Positions 48,133 to 48,229 of a stretch of DNA of 48,229 nt are shown in pieces. Origin of the DNA: Candidatus Heimdallarchaeota archaeon (GTDB lineage: Archaea > Asgardarchaeota > Heimdallarchaeia > Hodarchaeales > Hodarchaeaceae); assembly GCA_019057635.1 (NCBI GenBank), contig DXJL01000016.1, forward strand, positions 1 through 48,229, given 5' to 3'. The position numbers and the translations under genes were made by a program. Every line of letters begins with the position of its first letter. Position 1 is the stretch's first letter. The notes under the pieces are model-generated. The model had not been told where the DNA came from. It saw nothing but the letters and a program-made list of their open reading frames with translations, and ran no database searches.

Positions 48133-48229
48133 TGAGTCACGACAGGATGAGTCACACATCCCCTATCCGGCTGATCAGAACAAACAGAGTTTGAACTGAC
48201 CGAAGGGACTACTTGTTTATCAGCAGATA
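48133..48229 (-). ncRNA. Possible structured RNA, truncated by the window edge
   Basis: GC-richer than its surroundings; stem pairing 48164-48175 with 48219-48229; hairpin GGATG/CATCC; downstream T-tract on the minus strand. Confidence 0.3.

Noticed and set aside
1-48229. CRISPR array, IS element, integrase at the tRNA, or rRNA
   Set aside because: By eye, no regularly spaced repeats, transposase/integrase ORFs, duplicated tRNA 3' end or long GC-rich RNA gene were found.

Overview
AT-rich, gene-dense archaeal chromosome segment. It is almost certainly from an Asgard archaeon, most likely Heimdallarchaeia/Hodarchaeales (inference). The evidence is a set of eukaryote-like genes: a DNA polymerase epsilon-type PolB, a Rab-like GTPase, a gelsolin-domain protein, a longin/uDENN-like protein and several alpha-SNAP-like TPR proteins. 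Housekeeping genes (adk, class II HMG-CoA reductase, rocD, dut, mutY-like, glycosyltransferases) are interspersed. The main candidates for new biology are: (1) a tight Rab-like GTPase / CENP-N(Chl4)-like / Site-1-protease-like gene cluster at 13.5-17.5 kb; (2) an abutting three-gene cluster at 26.1-30.3 kb encoding a SNAP-like plus triple beta-sandwich protein and a folliculin-type longin plus SNAP-like protein; (3) a PIN-TPR gene split by a single in-frame TGA, next to a tRNA-Cys with a D-loop intron; (4) two convergent orphan DNA amino-methyltransferases linked to a MutY-like glycosylase beside the Pol epsilon gene. All family assignments were made by eye from motifs and remembered reference sequences; no searches were run. 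No CRISPR array, rRNA or mobile element was seen.
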